Shown one piece after another: positions 12,831 through 25,799 of a stretch of DNA of 64,000 nt. The notes under the pieces are model-generated. The model searched no databases, was not told the DNA's origin, and saw only the letters and a list, made by a program, of their open reading frames with translations. A program made the position numbers and the translations under genes. Source of the stretch: Neoechinorhynchus agilis. Taxonomy: Eukaryota > Animalia > Acanthocephala. The first letter of the stretch is position 1. Every line of letters begins with the position of its first letter. The stretch covers positions 11,324,784 through 11,388,783 of the forward strand of contig CM121341.1 of the NCBI GenBank assembly GCA_051530055.1, read 5' to 3'.

Positions 12831-13673
12831 TCATCTAACAGGAGTTGTTCGATGGTCGATGGAATTCAATACAGCAAGGAAATCATCGTACTTCTTCTGA
12901 TCATTCAAAATTTGCCTAACAAAGCTGATAGCAAAAATTAGTCGGTTTCTAAAGGTCTGCACATTAATCTTAAGTTCGTTTAGCTCGGATTGGGTGCAGA
13001 CTTCGCGGACTGATCGTTTAAGCCGCGATTTGCGTGCACTCTCGTTGTTGCGGGCACGTTTGGCAACGTATTCTTCATCTTTTTTCTCATCTGGAACGCG
13101 AGAAGGTGCCTTATAGCAAGCATCCTCAACAAAAAGCATTTTTGATATAAAAAGGTTGAGGTTGCATGCTCTACGCTTTCGAGAAGATTTTATAAAATTT
13201 AGTTTAGCAGACCATTCATCGTTATTTAAGATTGAACAAGGATCTTTGGTTGTTCCTGTTGATAGTAAATCAATCGAGGATTCCTGAACTGTACCAAGAT
13301 AAGCGACTGGGTCCGATGGAATGGTTGCTGTCGTTGGCATTAAGCTGTTAATATAAGATGGAACGTGTTGTTGAAAGGCTGCTGGATTTGTGGAAGATTG
13401 ATTGCAACCCATTTGAATGGTAGATGTTTGTTCAAATTGTATGTTGTAATGAAGATTACTAGTTAAAGGAGGATAATAATATGGCAGGGGGTAAATGTGC
13501 CTTGGATAAAAGTTTGATTCGGCTGTAATGTAAGATGGATTCTCAGGTTGATTAGTGTAGGATTGCTCGTTCAAGTTGGATTTACGTTCAATGCGTCGTC
13601 TTAATCAGGATTTAAAGACGGAGATGGCTAAATGAGAAACTTACCTCTTACATGGCTGCGGAGATGATTGCAT
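12831..13673 (-). CDS. PAR-family/giant-like bZIP transcription factor (exon 1 13673-13645, 45-nt intron, exon 2 from 13599)
   Basis: SRVPDEKKDEEYVAKRARNNESARKSRLKR resembles the PAR basic region (VP.E.KD.KY..RR.KNN.AAK.SR). ATG exon MQSSPQPCKR splices in frame via GTAAGT...TAAG. Confidence 0.75.
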
Positions 13674-15974
13674 ATCTTAACGATAAAATCAGCCAATACA
13701 CTGCATGCAGGTGTAGTCAGAATTATCCAACAAAGAAGCTCAGTTCAACGAGAACATTACTGAACAAATCGGAAATCACTCGTTGGTACGTGCAACAGAT
13801 AAAATTAAAATTCTATTTGACTGTTATGTGTGGTAGACGTAACTTAATGGTACCGAGGTACAGTCGTTGGGAATGAATTTGAACGGATTACAACAATTGA
13901 GAGGTTGATCTTTGAATACCTCAAGAAAAAAATGCTGAGAAATATACTAAGTATTTTCTTATTATCCTTGTGCATTTCTCATGATTTCAAATACTTAAGA
14001 CGAATTAAAATATGTACTTGGATATTGTCTTCTTATTTTACACAAAAAGTATAAATTAATTCTTCAAGTTACAAAGTGTTCACGGTTTTAATATCTCTTA
14101 AAATCGAATATTCTGCTTACCATAGTCGAATCTAAGAGAGATTAACGGATTTTTCTCATCGACGGTATTAGCGCAATGTTGATTCTTATATCTTTAATTT
14201 AAAATATGACAACGATGTCTTTCATAGGAACGCTTTAATCAATCAAACAAAAGTAAATTCATCAAGTACTAGTTCGTTTGTTTTCATAGAAATCTTTAAA
14301 GAAAAACTGAAGAGTCGCTACACTTATTTTTGCTGTTAAAGGTTACAAGAATTTCCTTTGAAGAAGCAATATTGCAGGGTGACCGTGTTTGATGGTGAAT
14401 TTGTAGAGAAAGGACTTTTATAGTCCGCAGATCATTTTTTTGTTGTATTTAGCAATTAAAGAAAAATGTCACGAAAAAAGTTTGAAGTTCCAAATTTTTA
14501 GTTATCCAGTGAGCTGGAATTTATGACGTAAAAATAAGCTCCCGGTTCCCTACAAATAGTCGATAAATGTTGGACTTTGTTAGTGTGTTCGAAAATGGAG
14601 AATCGCTTGTTTGAAGGCTAGAGGTAATCTAAGTTAAATGGTTGACGGCAAAAAGTGAACACAGGAAAAAGTCGCTTATCTTGCATATGAGACTCCCTAC
14701 AAATGAAATATAATAATAAATTCGAGAATATACTTAAAAATCCGAGATTTCCGTATGTCGAATTTTACGGCATCCAAAAACCTTTCCTAGTAATGACAAA
14801 TAGATGAAAGGAACTTTGAGGGTATAAACTTATGGCGGAACGTACTGTCGGGTATTCGGTTCTCAAGGTTATGGAGAAATAGTAACCGTTGTAGTTTGAG
14901 ATGAAGAGTAAAAGCAAAACCTTTATACCGGACAGAAACCAAAAGCGACTAAATAGCGAGATATTGTCTCAGGTACAATCGAGGAATTGCTGGTAAACCG
15001 ATGAATGCGGAATCATCATGATCATTGTAACTGATACTTTTCTGGACGGGTTTCAAATAAACAGAAATCTCTTCGGATTATGAATAAAGGAAAATTCGTT
15101 AGGAGGATATCGACGCATACTGATCGATTCCAAACCCGCCCAAGTTTATGATTTTTTACGAACATTGAAGAAGAGCGTTGGAACTTAAGGCGCTGTTCGG
15201 GCAAAGGATCTCGTGAGAAAACAAAGTCTGGGATCGCACTGGAATTCCCGACAATATTCATAGATTTGTAGCTTTTAATCCGAGGCTACATTTGGGACCA
15301 ATCAATAATAGCGATGTGGTAGGAAATATTTTAATGGTTTAATTATGATTTTCGTTAGTCCGCATTACCCATTGTAAGGTTCCCGATTGCATTTAAATCT
15401 TTCCACATCGAATCAGATATTGCTTCCATCTTCCCGATCGGAGGTATGCGCCCAAGTTTAAGAGAGTTTTTTACGAACATTAACAAGGAGCGTTGGAACT
15501 TAAAGCGATCTTCGGGCGGATGACCAAATAGCTTTAAGGGTGCGGATCCGTGGATTTGAACCGCGGTCATATTCTTTCTCTTCTAATGATGCATCATTGA
15601 GAGACAACCTTACGATTGCACTGAAACTCTTGATTTTGAAAGTGATTGATTTATGGAGAGGGAAGCATTAGTGGGCTAGTTTGGTGGTTTTTAAGGCTTT
15701 ATTGGATCGGTCGTTCATCAAATTTTTAACCTGGGAGTGCAAAGTTGGTTTTTAGGATTTTTTGAATAATTTGTCCACTTTTTGAACCAAGATTCCAAGC
15801 GGTTCTTATTGTGCGAGTTATTTAGATCGAATGTTCACGGTCACTTAAAAAGGTCTGCAAATCTCAATCTACCATTAAATTCGTAATCTAAAATGAACTG
15901 TAATTGGAGCCATAAAACTTAAAAATGTTGGTTGTTGGTAGGGTTTTTTCACTTGCGGCCTATCAAATGGGTAG

Positions 15975-18210
15975 ATGGACGACCACACGGATAATCCTCA
16001 TCAACAATGCGAGAAATGTACTCCGGATAGCTCGAATCCAATTCAAACCTTATCTCGATGTCCATGTCACCGAAATCGACGATCCGCAAGTTGGAGAAAG
16101 CGGCGGATAGCAGAAATTCCTGAGCTTGCTTTCTGTATAAGTGAGGATGAAAGCCTATCGAGGTTATCGGCCACTGAGGCGGAACGCCTTCATCGTTCCA
16201 ACGAGTCGGAAACTAGCTCTGAATTCAATGTGAAATACTTGGGATCAATAAAAGCGGCACTCGATATGGATGTTTTAAAGCATTTAGCGGCACAAATCGC
16301 TAACGAATGTTCACGGCAGTACATGATTGTTAGTGATAATGAACTTGATCCGATTGAACGAGCTTTGAAATGTGAGATACAACGCTCAACGCCAACGGGT
16401 CAACAAAATGATCTGAGAAATAATTTTAGTATGAAGGTTTACATGCAAGGAGATAGACCTGGAGATGCCAATAATGTTCCAATTACCATATCTGGGATGG
16501 AATTGGTAAAGTTTCTATTGGGCGATTGCCCTCAATTTTTTAGAACTTCGCTCTCATCACTAAGAACTGAAGAAGTTACTCATCTGGAGTTTCAGGCAAC
16601 AAGGAGAAAAGCTAAAGAAACATTGACTTCAGTAAAAGCAGCACGGGAAAGGAATAGTAAAAAAGCTCCATTTGATATAAAACGACATATAAAATATTTA
16701 CTTGAGAAGAGAAGACGACAAAAACAGAGACCTTTCTTAAAAAATCTGAGAGATCCAAAAGAGGGCTTGTTCCCGAAAATGTCTTCTTTACCAATAACTA
16801 CAATCAATGTTTTCAAAGGATTTCTTTACGCGTCTGACATATCTGGAAAGTTGATAACCTATAATATCGGGGTATTTTTAATTTTTAATGTCTTATATAA
16901 AAAAGAAACCATTTAAGACTCATAAAATTCATAATGCAAGCACTCGTCAAATATGTTCTGAAGGTCTTCAATCCGTCAGTATTGCTCCCTATAGTCGACA
17001 TGGAATTTGCATTTACGTGGCTGCTCTTGACGGTGTTCTTCGAATTTTGCGAGCAAGGGTAAGCCTTTTAGTGTGGATAGCTGTCCTAAATGTTATTTCT
17101 CCTTCTTTTAGACTGGATGCATGAAGGCCGAAATCAGAGTCAGCACGCCAATACATTCAATGTACACAAAATTCTCACATACTTTCCTCGGATTATCTTC
17201 AGGGGAAATCGTGATTTTCCATAAACGACAGGTAAAACGCTCGGTATACAAAATGTAACACGTTTTGCTAATTTTGAAGGTGACATTCAACATTTGATTC
17301 TTAAAAATGAATTTGGATTTAGGTTATTACATCTCTTCCTCGGTTCTTGGCATAAGGCCACGACATGAAGCCACACCGATCTCTTACACCAGAGAAGTGA
17401 TTGAATCACTTAGATTCTGATGCATACGGTAATGAGTTTCGTTCATCCCTCCGGATTCTCAGATATCTCCAGGATGCGAGACTCCCAGTTAGGGTAAAAA
17501 GGTTCGAATTCGTTACCATCGATGACGCACAATCAAAGGGGACGAAACACCGCTGAAAGGAACAAACTCAATGATCAGTTCCGCCTACTCGGAAGGTATC
17601 GGAGAATCCGGAGGAATGAACGAAACTCATTACCGTATGCATCAGAGTTTAAGTGATTTTATTCGCATGCCGTGGGTTCATGCTAAAAGCCGAGGAAGCG
17701 ATACCCGGCTTGCCAGTAACATTTAAGAAATGAATTTAACTTTCTCTGAGTAAGATTAGTCGAATAAATTTAGAAAGAAAATAATTGTGCCCTTGAGTTA
17801 TGATTTATAAAGAAGATTTGAAAAAGAAGATAAGCTCTGCTTTCGTTCATCAGAACTATTTAAATAAATTTAGGAAAAACATCCTTATACTTTTAAGCTG
17901 CGTCCTAAAATTCAATTGTGTTATTTACTCGCGATGCGATTGTTTTGCCATTACACAATTTGTGCTCGTAATTCAACTTTTCAAAACCGACCCTTAGGTT
18001 TGTTCTCGAATATTATTCTTAGATTTGGTCGACAATTATCTTTCAAGAACTATATCTAATTTAGATGACGATCGCGGGTGTTTTGAAAGTCTGTGATTCC
18101 ATAATTGCGTCGATCACTGGACGATTTCTGTATGGAATACAAAAACGTAGATTTCTATTTGTCGGTGCTTACGATGGAAAGATTTATAAAATTGATTTGG
18201 ATAAGAGATG
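15975..18210 (+). CDS. Divergent WD40/beta-propeller protein resembling the ZNF106 C-terminal WD40 region; exon structure after ~17231 unresolved
   Basis: Splicing at 16873-16916 and 17060-17112 (approximate) gives PITTINVFKGFLYASDISGKLITYNI...SVSIAPYSRHGICIYVAALDGVLRILRARTGCMKAEIRVSTPIHSMYTKFSHTFLGLSSGEIVIF. This aligns by eye to ZNF106 repeats (AVNAIQIFGNLLYTCSAD...LYTGSSDHTIRCY...LYAGLANGTVVTF). FLFVGAYDGKIYKIDL near 18160-18205 resembles MIYTGCYDGSIQAV. Confidence 0.5.
17331..17702. repeat. ~370-bp foldback element with long imperfect inverted arms
   Basis: TCTGATGCATACGGTAATGAGTTTCGTTCATCCCTCCGGATTCTC (~17415-17460) pairs with GAGAATCCGGAGGAATGAACGAAACTCATTACCGTATGCATCAGA (~17602-17646) with one mismatch. 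Pairing extends outward to ATCTCTTCCTCGG / CCGAGGAAGCGAT. Confidence 0.85.
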
Positions 18211-19227
18211 ATTTTGACAGAATATTACAATCGAGTATCTGTCAAAAACATTTTGTAACATATCGCCCAACTTCGGTTCATCGTCATCGATGTTGATCCA
18301 GTGCAAACCAGAGATTTTAAAGGGCCACAAGAAAGCTCCACGTAGTCTAACAGTAAGATTAATTTCCCCATTTTATTGTACATGGAATGTTTAATTAGAA
18401 TGAACAAGTAAGACCATATTTATACAGTTGTTCAGCCGATGGAATATTGCTAATTCATAACGTAGAGGTATGCGCTCAAAAAAAGGATAAGCGTGCGAAA
18501 TTGAATTTTTAGACAACTGAGATAGTTCATCGTATGATGTTCGACAGCCAGCTCACTTCGTTAAGTTTAAATTCAACGTATAAGCTCTTCGCTACCTCAA
18601 CTATGGATGGAGTAATTCGGATATTCAATATAGATGTAACATTGCTTATCTTTAATTTGATTCAGCTCGTTATCTTCTAGAATTTCATGCTGGATTCTGA
18701 AATCTATTCTGACAATTGCGAGATATTATGTGTGAGAATAAAAGACGGATTGGTATATTATGGAACCAGTCGCGGCGACGTCCGTGCCGTCAATTTCCTA
18801 AGTCGAAATATAGTTTGCAAAGTATGTACTAGAACATATTAAGATCTCTTTAAGTAGTTGTCAAAACGAAATTTAAAAAAAGGAAATCTCTAAATGTGTC
18901 TATTTTCGAAAGTCAATTTCGAATTTTTAGTTAATGTTCAGCCGTAGAGTTTACCCCATCTTTTAGTTCGCTCCATGCAAATGCAAGTTCGTCTCTGCTA
19001 ACAACCTCGAACATCATTTGACCCATGTTCACTTTCCTTCGACTCGACAAGTGGTTCGCTGTCTATGGGAAAACTGTCTTCAGTGGATAAAAGCAAAAGA
19101 CTTTAATGATCACGTGCACCATCATGCAAACGAATGACCTCCCTGCGCGTTTGGAAGAAATATTCTTTATATCGCTAGAAAAGGGGTTGTTCGAGTGCTT
19201 CTTAGGTTTTAACTTTGTTCTTTTGCT

Positions 19228-22200
19228 TTAATAATAGCTTTCTCGTTCGACCCATCCTCCTGGATCTCGTCTGATGATCAATTTTCGCATTTCGTCATAA
19301 AAGAATATTAACAATGCGAACGGAATCGCTGGTAACCAATATGAAAACCTCAAAGGATACATGTTCAGCCCGTGGTCGAGGCCTGGAGTATAGCAGAGCA
19401 CTACAGCTAACAGAGTTTCAAAAAATAGGCCAAAGTTCATCATCATGTTGCTCATGCCTTGTTTAAACAGAGAATTCCTTCTTGTCTTACAAATGATTAA
19501 ATCGGTCCATTGAGCGATGACTACGGATACGAAGAACGCAGTATGGCAAGTGTGTTCGAGACTTTTTCTTTGTTGGTACGTCCACTCCTGTCCATAACTA
19601 TCGCAAACGTCATTAACCGCCTTAGAATCCCATTCCGATCGAATACCGATTAGTCGCGATGGCCAGAATCCATTCTGAGCCATTATAATGAAATATGTGA
19701 AGAACCCAGCGGTCGCTTGGATGAATCCGATTTGACCGTAAGCGATGGAGATCAACCGTTCATTCACTAATTTGTCTCTTTGAGGATCTCGTGGTTTTCG
19801 TTTCATTATATCAGATTCAGCTTTCTCGTAAGCCAAAGATATGGCCGGTATGAGATCCGTTCCGAGATCAATACACAAAATCGTGATGGTTCCCAATGGA
19901 AGAGGAATTCCACTTAGAATAAACACAAGGAATGGTGCAATCTCGGGAATGTTAGACGTCAAAGTGTACGCGATTGATTTTTTAAGATTGTCGAATATCA
20001 GACGACCTTCTTCAACACCCGTCACGATTGAAGCGAAATTGTCGTCTAACAAAATCATATCAGCTGCTTGTTTACTCACATCAGATCCGGAAATACCCAT
20101 CGCTACTCCAATGTCTGCCTTCTTTAATGCAGGTGAATCATTAACTCCATCACCGGTCACAGCGACAATAGCGCCCAGCCGTTGGCATCCTTCAACGATT
20201 ATCAGTTTCTGAGCTGGAGACGTCCGAGCGAACACAATCTCCGGGAAATTTGTCAGCAGGTCGTCGATGTCATCGCTGTTCATTGTTTTAAGAGTGTTGC
20301 CGTGGACGACCATTGCGCTGGCCATGTCCTCCTTTACATCCTTTACGTCGATCCCGAGACGAGTTGCTACGTCGTCCGGGGTTTCTGACTCAGGAGAAAT
20401 TATTCCAACTGCACGGGCTATCGCTTTCGCTGTTATAGGATGATCTCCAGTAACCATGATCACTCGAATCCCAGCTGAACGACATTTTTTTACACTATCT
20501 GGCACAGCTGATCGTGGTGGATCCATTAAAGCAGCTAATCTCCTTTTATTCCTTCGAAGTTAAAGGTAAAAAATTGGTGACATAAATGAAAAGTCAAATC
20601 GACAGAATGATTTCCAATTGCTTCAAATGTAAAGGTACAAATACACGACGATGTGACCTTGTGTGTAAGGAATTATCTTTTCAAAAGGTCTAATCTCAAA
20701 GGATATTACAAAGTTATCAACTTCTACGACAAATCAGAAATATCCTATAAATTCCGGCGATAAATAAATCACATCTTGTTTGCTTCAATTTCGATGCCGA
20801 ACACAAAAGCCGCTGGATATATTTACAAATCGATTTAGCCGTTTTCAAACAGAAATGAGGTGTTTAATGCCAGTTTCGCCAAGTACACAAAACAGAATTT
20901 CGAGTATTTGCAGCATAGATTTGGTTTTTAAGGTTATCCACTTCAAAAAATGGAGTACATTTGAATTTATCGATTTATCACAAACCCAAAAACTTTTACG
21001 GCTGTAAATAAAGATAAAAAAGAACATCGATAATGCATATCTGAAGATTGGCTGCCATAGAGAAATCAGACCAAGGAAACGCAGGTTTTCAAGTCTAAGT
21101 TCCTTTTCGATATCATAAGAAGCCCAATCAAAACTTGATGGAAATTCCTCCAATGAAAGTCTTGCATCACAGAATCCAAGAACACGTTCGCCGAGGCCTC
21201 CCAGTTCAAGATAAGCCTGATTGTATCGTTGTTTCCAATATTGATTTAATTCTAGATCTGATCCATCTACGTAAATAGTTTGGCACTTTTCGAGAATTCG
21301 TTCAGGCGCTCCTTTCATTACCAACAAAAATCGGTTGTCTTCTGAAGGCGTTCGATGGATAGATACCTGATACTTGTTTGTAGAATTGAACGGAATTTCC
21401 GCGATCTTATCGTTGTCTTTTCTATAGGAAAGACAATTATTAACAGTGTTTACATCTGCGCTAAACACAATCTCAGCGAATTTCAGTAAAGCGCTCTCAC
21501 TTGCATCGCCATTGCATTCTCTTAGACTTATACTTTTAAGCATATTTTCACGGTCGCTTTTGAACTCAGCTCGATTGCATAAGCAAGCACATCGAAGAAG
21601 AGACTCAAACCCGGGAGATTGGTTCACTTTGACTACTTCGCCTTCTTTTATTATACTTGACGCTTCGTTCGTTCCGTTGTCGAACCAGAGATGAGCGACT
21701 GTCATTCTGTTTTGAGTAAGAGTTCCGGTCTTATCTGAACAAATGGTACTCGTTGAACCAAGAGTCTCGACCGCTTCGAGATTCTTAACCAGGCAATTTT
21801 TACGAGCCATTCGTTTGGCCGTAAGTGTCAAACATACAGTGACCGTCGCTAAAAGACCTTCAGGTACATTTGCAACAATTATTCCGATCAGGAACACGCA
21901 TGCTTCTAGCCATCCGTAGTTCATAATAAAGCAAATAATGAAAAATGAGACTCCTAAAATAACTGCGACCGAAGTGATAATCGAAATGAAATGCTTAATC
22001 TCCTTGGCGATGGGCGTCTCACCAGTACCGATCCCTGAAGCCAGATTAGCAATTCGACCCATCACGGTCCTATCTCCGGTCTTTATTACGATTCCCGTAC
22101 ATGTACCTTCAACCGCATGAGTGCTGAAGAACGCTAAGTTCTTTGTCTCAGAAAAGTCTTCATGAGTGCATTCTTCGCTTCGACTCTGCGGCTCACTTTC

Positions 22201-22851
22201 ACCGGTCAGAGAGGAATTATCTACTTTAAGACCACGAGATTGAAGAATTCGAATGTCCGCCGGGATTTTATCCCCGAACTTTACGTCGATAAGATCCCCA
22301 ATAACCAACTCCTCCGCTTTTAGGTTCAGTTTCTGACCTCCATCACGAATCGCAATCGCATGTTGAGGGACAAGTTTACTAAATGAATCCATTATCCGAG
22401 AACTCTTTGCTTCTTGATAATAACTGAAGCAGCCAGTTAAAACTACAACACCTAATAAAGCTAATCCTAGCCAGAGATTGTCATTGTTGGACTCTTCATA
22501 TGTTGTGGCTGTGATTAGATGTGCCACGATACAAAGACCTGCTCCAATCCAAAGAAGAGTTGAGAATCCGCCGAACATTGTTTTACAGAATTTTACCCAT
22601 TCTGGAGTTGTCTTTGGAGGCGTTAAAGCGTTTGGTCCATCACGGGCTAAGCGCTTTCTTGCTTCATCAGTCGTTAAACCCGTATCTGGATTAACATCAA
22701 ATCGTTTATAAAGCTCCTGAAGTGTAATCCGGTGCTCGTCAATCTCAACGTCCTTCTTTAGATCATCCAGATTTGCATTCTTTGATTTATCCTGAGCAGT
22801 AGGTTCACGGCCCAAGACGTGGACTCTTATCAGATCAACCAGGCGTTCCAT
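19228..22851 (-). CDS. ATP1A: Na+/K+-ATPase alpha subunit (P2C ATPase), two large exons with one ~0.5-kb interruption (about 21071-20535)
   Basis: [75 protein letters not shown]; C-terminal ERESYY. Confidence 0.96.
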
Positions 22852-25799
22852 TTTTGAGTGTTTACACCAAATTTACTATATATCCGCGCTCTATAGCTTT
22901 GTATAATTGTCTCTTTGCTCTCGAATGTTGCAACTATGCAACAGCGGCTATCATCAATCAAATTGTGTGGATAATGCTGGTGTTGAGGGCCGATCGTCTG
23001 AAATGGAAATCACATTGGAAGCCTAGGGTGCAATCGACTTTTAACACTCGCGCACATACAAAACAGTTGGGAGTAGGAGAAAAACTGGAGCCTAGAAACC
23101 TTTTTGGCACTTGCTTAAAAGGCAGCAAGATGCGTCAAGTGAGATAAAATGTCTCATTAAAAATCAAACTTGAGTAATGGAGAAAAGCCTTAAGAAGTGC
23201 GCATACCTATCTTCTGCCAGAAATGAAGAAAATCTCTAAATATGAAGATATTGAGTTTACTCAGTCGATGTCCTAGAAAAGTCCAAAACACTTAAAAGGA
23301 TTCTAATGTTGTGAGCAAATAGCGGCAATTAACTTCTTAAAGGTTCGTTCACTGATTTATGAAAGCAATGTTTGGGGTTGTATAGATTTGCTAAATGAAA
23401 TAAAAATAATCCAAGATGGCGTGAGTCCAAGGAAATGTTAAATAAAACAAAGATTCAGAAAAAACTCAACTGTGAATAAATTATCAATAAAAATGGTTTC
23501 TAAAGTTCAATTTATTTTATCGTTTTTATAAGCACCGAGATGCGTATCTGCAGGTTGCTATAGGTTTTTGCGAATTAATACATTTCTACCTTTTTGAAAT
23601 GCTCGGGTAAAACACTTCTGAATACAGTTGAAAAGCGAAAGTAGCCCGATAACTTAATAACTTTAACGGAATTCTGCAGCGCCAATGAAAAAATGGTTTT
23701 GATGACCTCAGAATCGTTAAATTTAAACACTAGAAATAAGCTATTTGATTGCACTTAATAAGATCTTGTTTGCCCCTATTATTATTTGCGCCAAGGCACC
23801 GAATTTCGATCTTACAAGAAAATCTCCAGTATAACTTCCACTTAATGTATTTAAAGCATCAGATAAACGTTTAAAGATTTCTGTACCCTTTCAGTTAACT
23901 AAAGCGAGCTTCTGGTTCTAAACTCATAACCAAGACTTCAAATTTTATCAACGCATGCATCCGTTTTACTTTCCGAGACAATGGAAGTGTGCATCATAAA
24001 ATTCGTTCTTAATGAGGAAGTTCCACGGGATCTCATTGATGACAAACTGTAAAATCTTAAACGAAACCCGACAAACCGTTAAAAGCACTTTAATAATTTC
24101 ACAAACGGATTGGTAGCAAAGGCATTGCGTTGTCTTAGACTCTATTATTTACCGTAAAAGCATAGAAGGAACCATGCTCAGAGTCTAGGGAATTTCATCA
24201 TTTCCTAAAACCATATTAACTCCACATTACTTATCGTTGTTTGGCTGAAAATCCGGGCGCAAATAACTGGGTTTTTCAAGACAAAAGTCATTGGATTCTC
24301 CGGTTGTTACTAAATGTGAAATCGGGCGACTTATAGAACTTTGCGGAGTAGATCACGCATTATGGTACTTGACGGAGCGCTTACCGGTATATTCCACGCT
24401 GTCTACATTGGGTAGCACTAAAAAATCTCTAGAAATAAAATTCAACGAACTTGTCGGCACATTTTTACGGTTAAAAACATCAGCGTAAAAAATACGGATT
24501 TATTTCGACTATATTGCGCTATAAACGCGCGATTTTATTGGAAATATTTGAAATTATTTGTTTAAAACCACGATCTCAGTTGACTACCTAATATAATTTC
24601 GGTTTAGCACGTCCTAATCGGATTGACTTTTCTGTGCATTAACCGTGTCACACGTTTCAACTATGGCACTTCTCATTAGCTGCTGTCTTCTAAGAAGCAG
24701 AATCTGCTCATTTGCTTATAGAGACATTACCGCAAGCAGAGAAGTATTGCCGTTCATGACTAAAGTCGACAGCAAACAACCTGGTTAGTTGTAAAATGTT
24801 CCTTACAGGATTATTCGTGTTCAACTTCAAACTCATGCAACGCCGCAAATTGCTCATTGATGCTAAAGCAGACAAAAAGGAACAGTCATAATAGTTGGAG
24901 AGAGAATACGAATCATTCGCAAACGAGAAAGTAAAAAGACAGAAATGGATCTTTTTTTTGGGCGTAGGGAAAATAATTAAATTCTGATTAGATTTCTGAC
25001 CGTAATAGATGGCTCGATTTAATACAAAAAAATAGGCGTACATAAACACTATAAATCATTAGAAAAAATAACCCGTGAATTGATCGCGAAGAAAGGAAAT
25101 TTTTTATACGAATTCAGCCCGTCTGGATTGTGGGTTTTAACTGGGTGCTACAGCGTTCGACGATCGTGCGTATTTGAAGCAGTGTTTGATGCAGTGTCTC
25201 AACCATTAGACGATTGATGGGAAAAGCTGCCTACGGTAAAGTGGGGAACCGGATCGATGCTGTTTTCCTAGAAAAGGAGAAGAAACATCATCAGCTCTAC
25301 ACACACAAAACCCCTAATGTATTTGGAAGGAGAAAGAGAGAAGCACGTCGATGCACATACACAATGAGAAAGAGCTAATTCGATGAAAGTCACGAGAAGG
25401 AGGACAGGAGATTGTAGCGGTTACGTGCTAGAAAACAATGTTTTCCGATAATCGCATTTAAAATTTTTTAGGACCTATTGACGATCAATAAAGGTGAGTG
25501 TTAGAAGATTGTTTACGCGGATTTCTCGTACTAAAATGAAGGTTTATTGGAGCGATAACAACAAAACTGTCATCGAAACAATTAGTAAGGCGAAAAAATA
25601 TTAGTTTTGGCGTTTGAAGCATTACTAAACGGAGAGGAAAAACAATAAAACATACACACTATTGAAGAAGATTCATGCTACAAATGCAAACCACATACAT
25701 TGAACACTAAAGATTGCTACTTTTTTGTAGTGGATTGCCAGCAGCGAAAAAAATAAGCGATCTACGGTGTCGTTCATTGTACACAAATGTTCCTCATTA

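Noticed and set aside
15120-15530. ~70-bp diverged direct repeat translating as FFTNI(E/N)(E/K)ERWNL(R/K)R
   Set aside because: Both copies have nearby stops and the motif is unrecognised; probably a degraded repeat.
19841-22711. Plus-strand ORFs overlapping the ATPase (and minus-strand ORFs over RBM22, SNAP29, SMU1)
   Set aside because: Antisense shadows of real coding exons.
23560-25050. Long, mostly open minus-strand stretches suggesting a gene or pseudogene
   Set aside because: Interrupted by stops, with no recognisable motif or consistent splice model.
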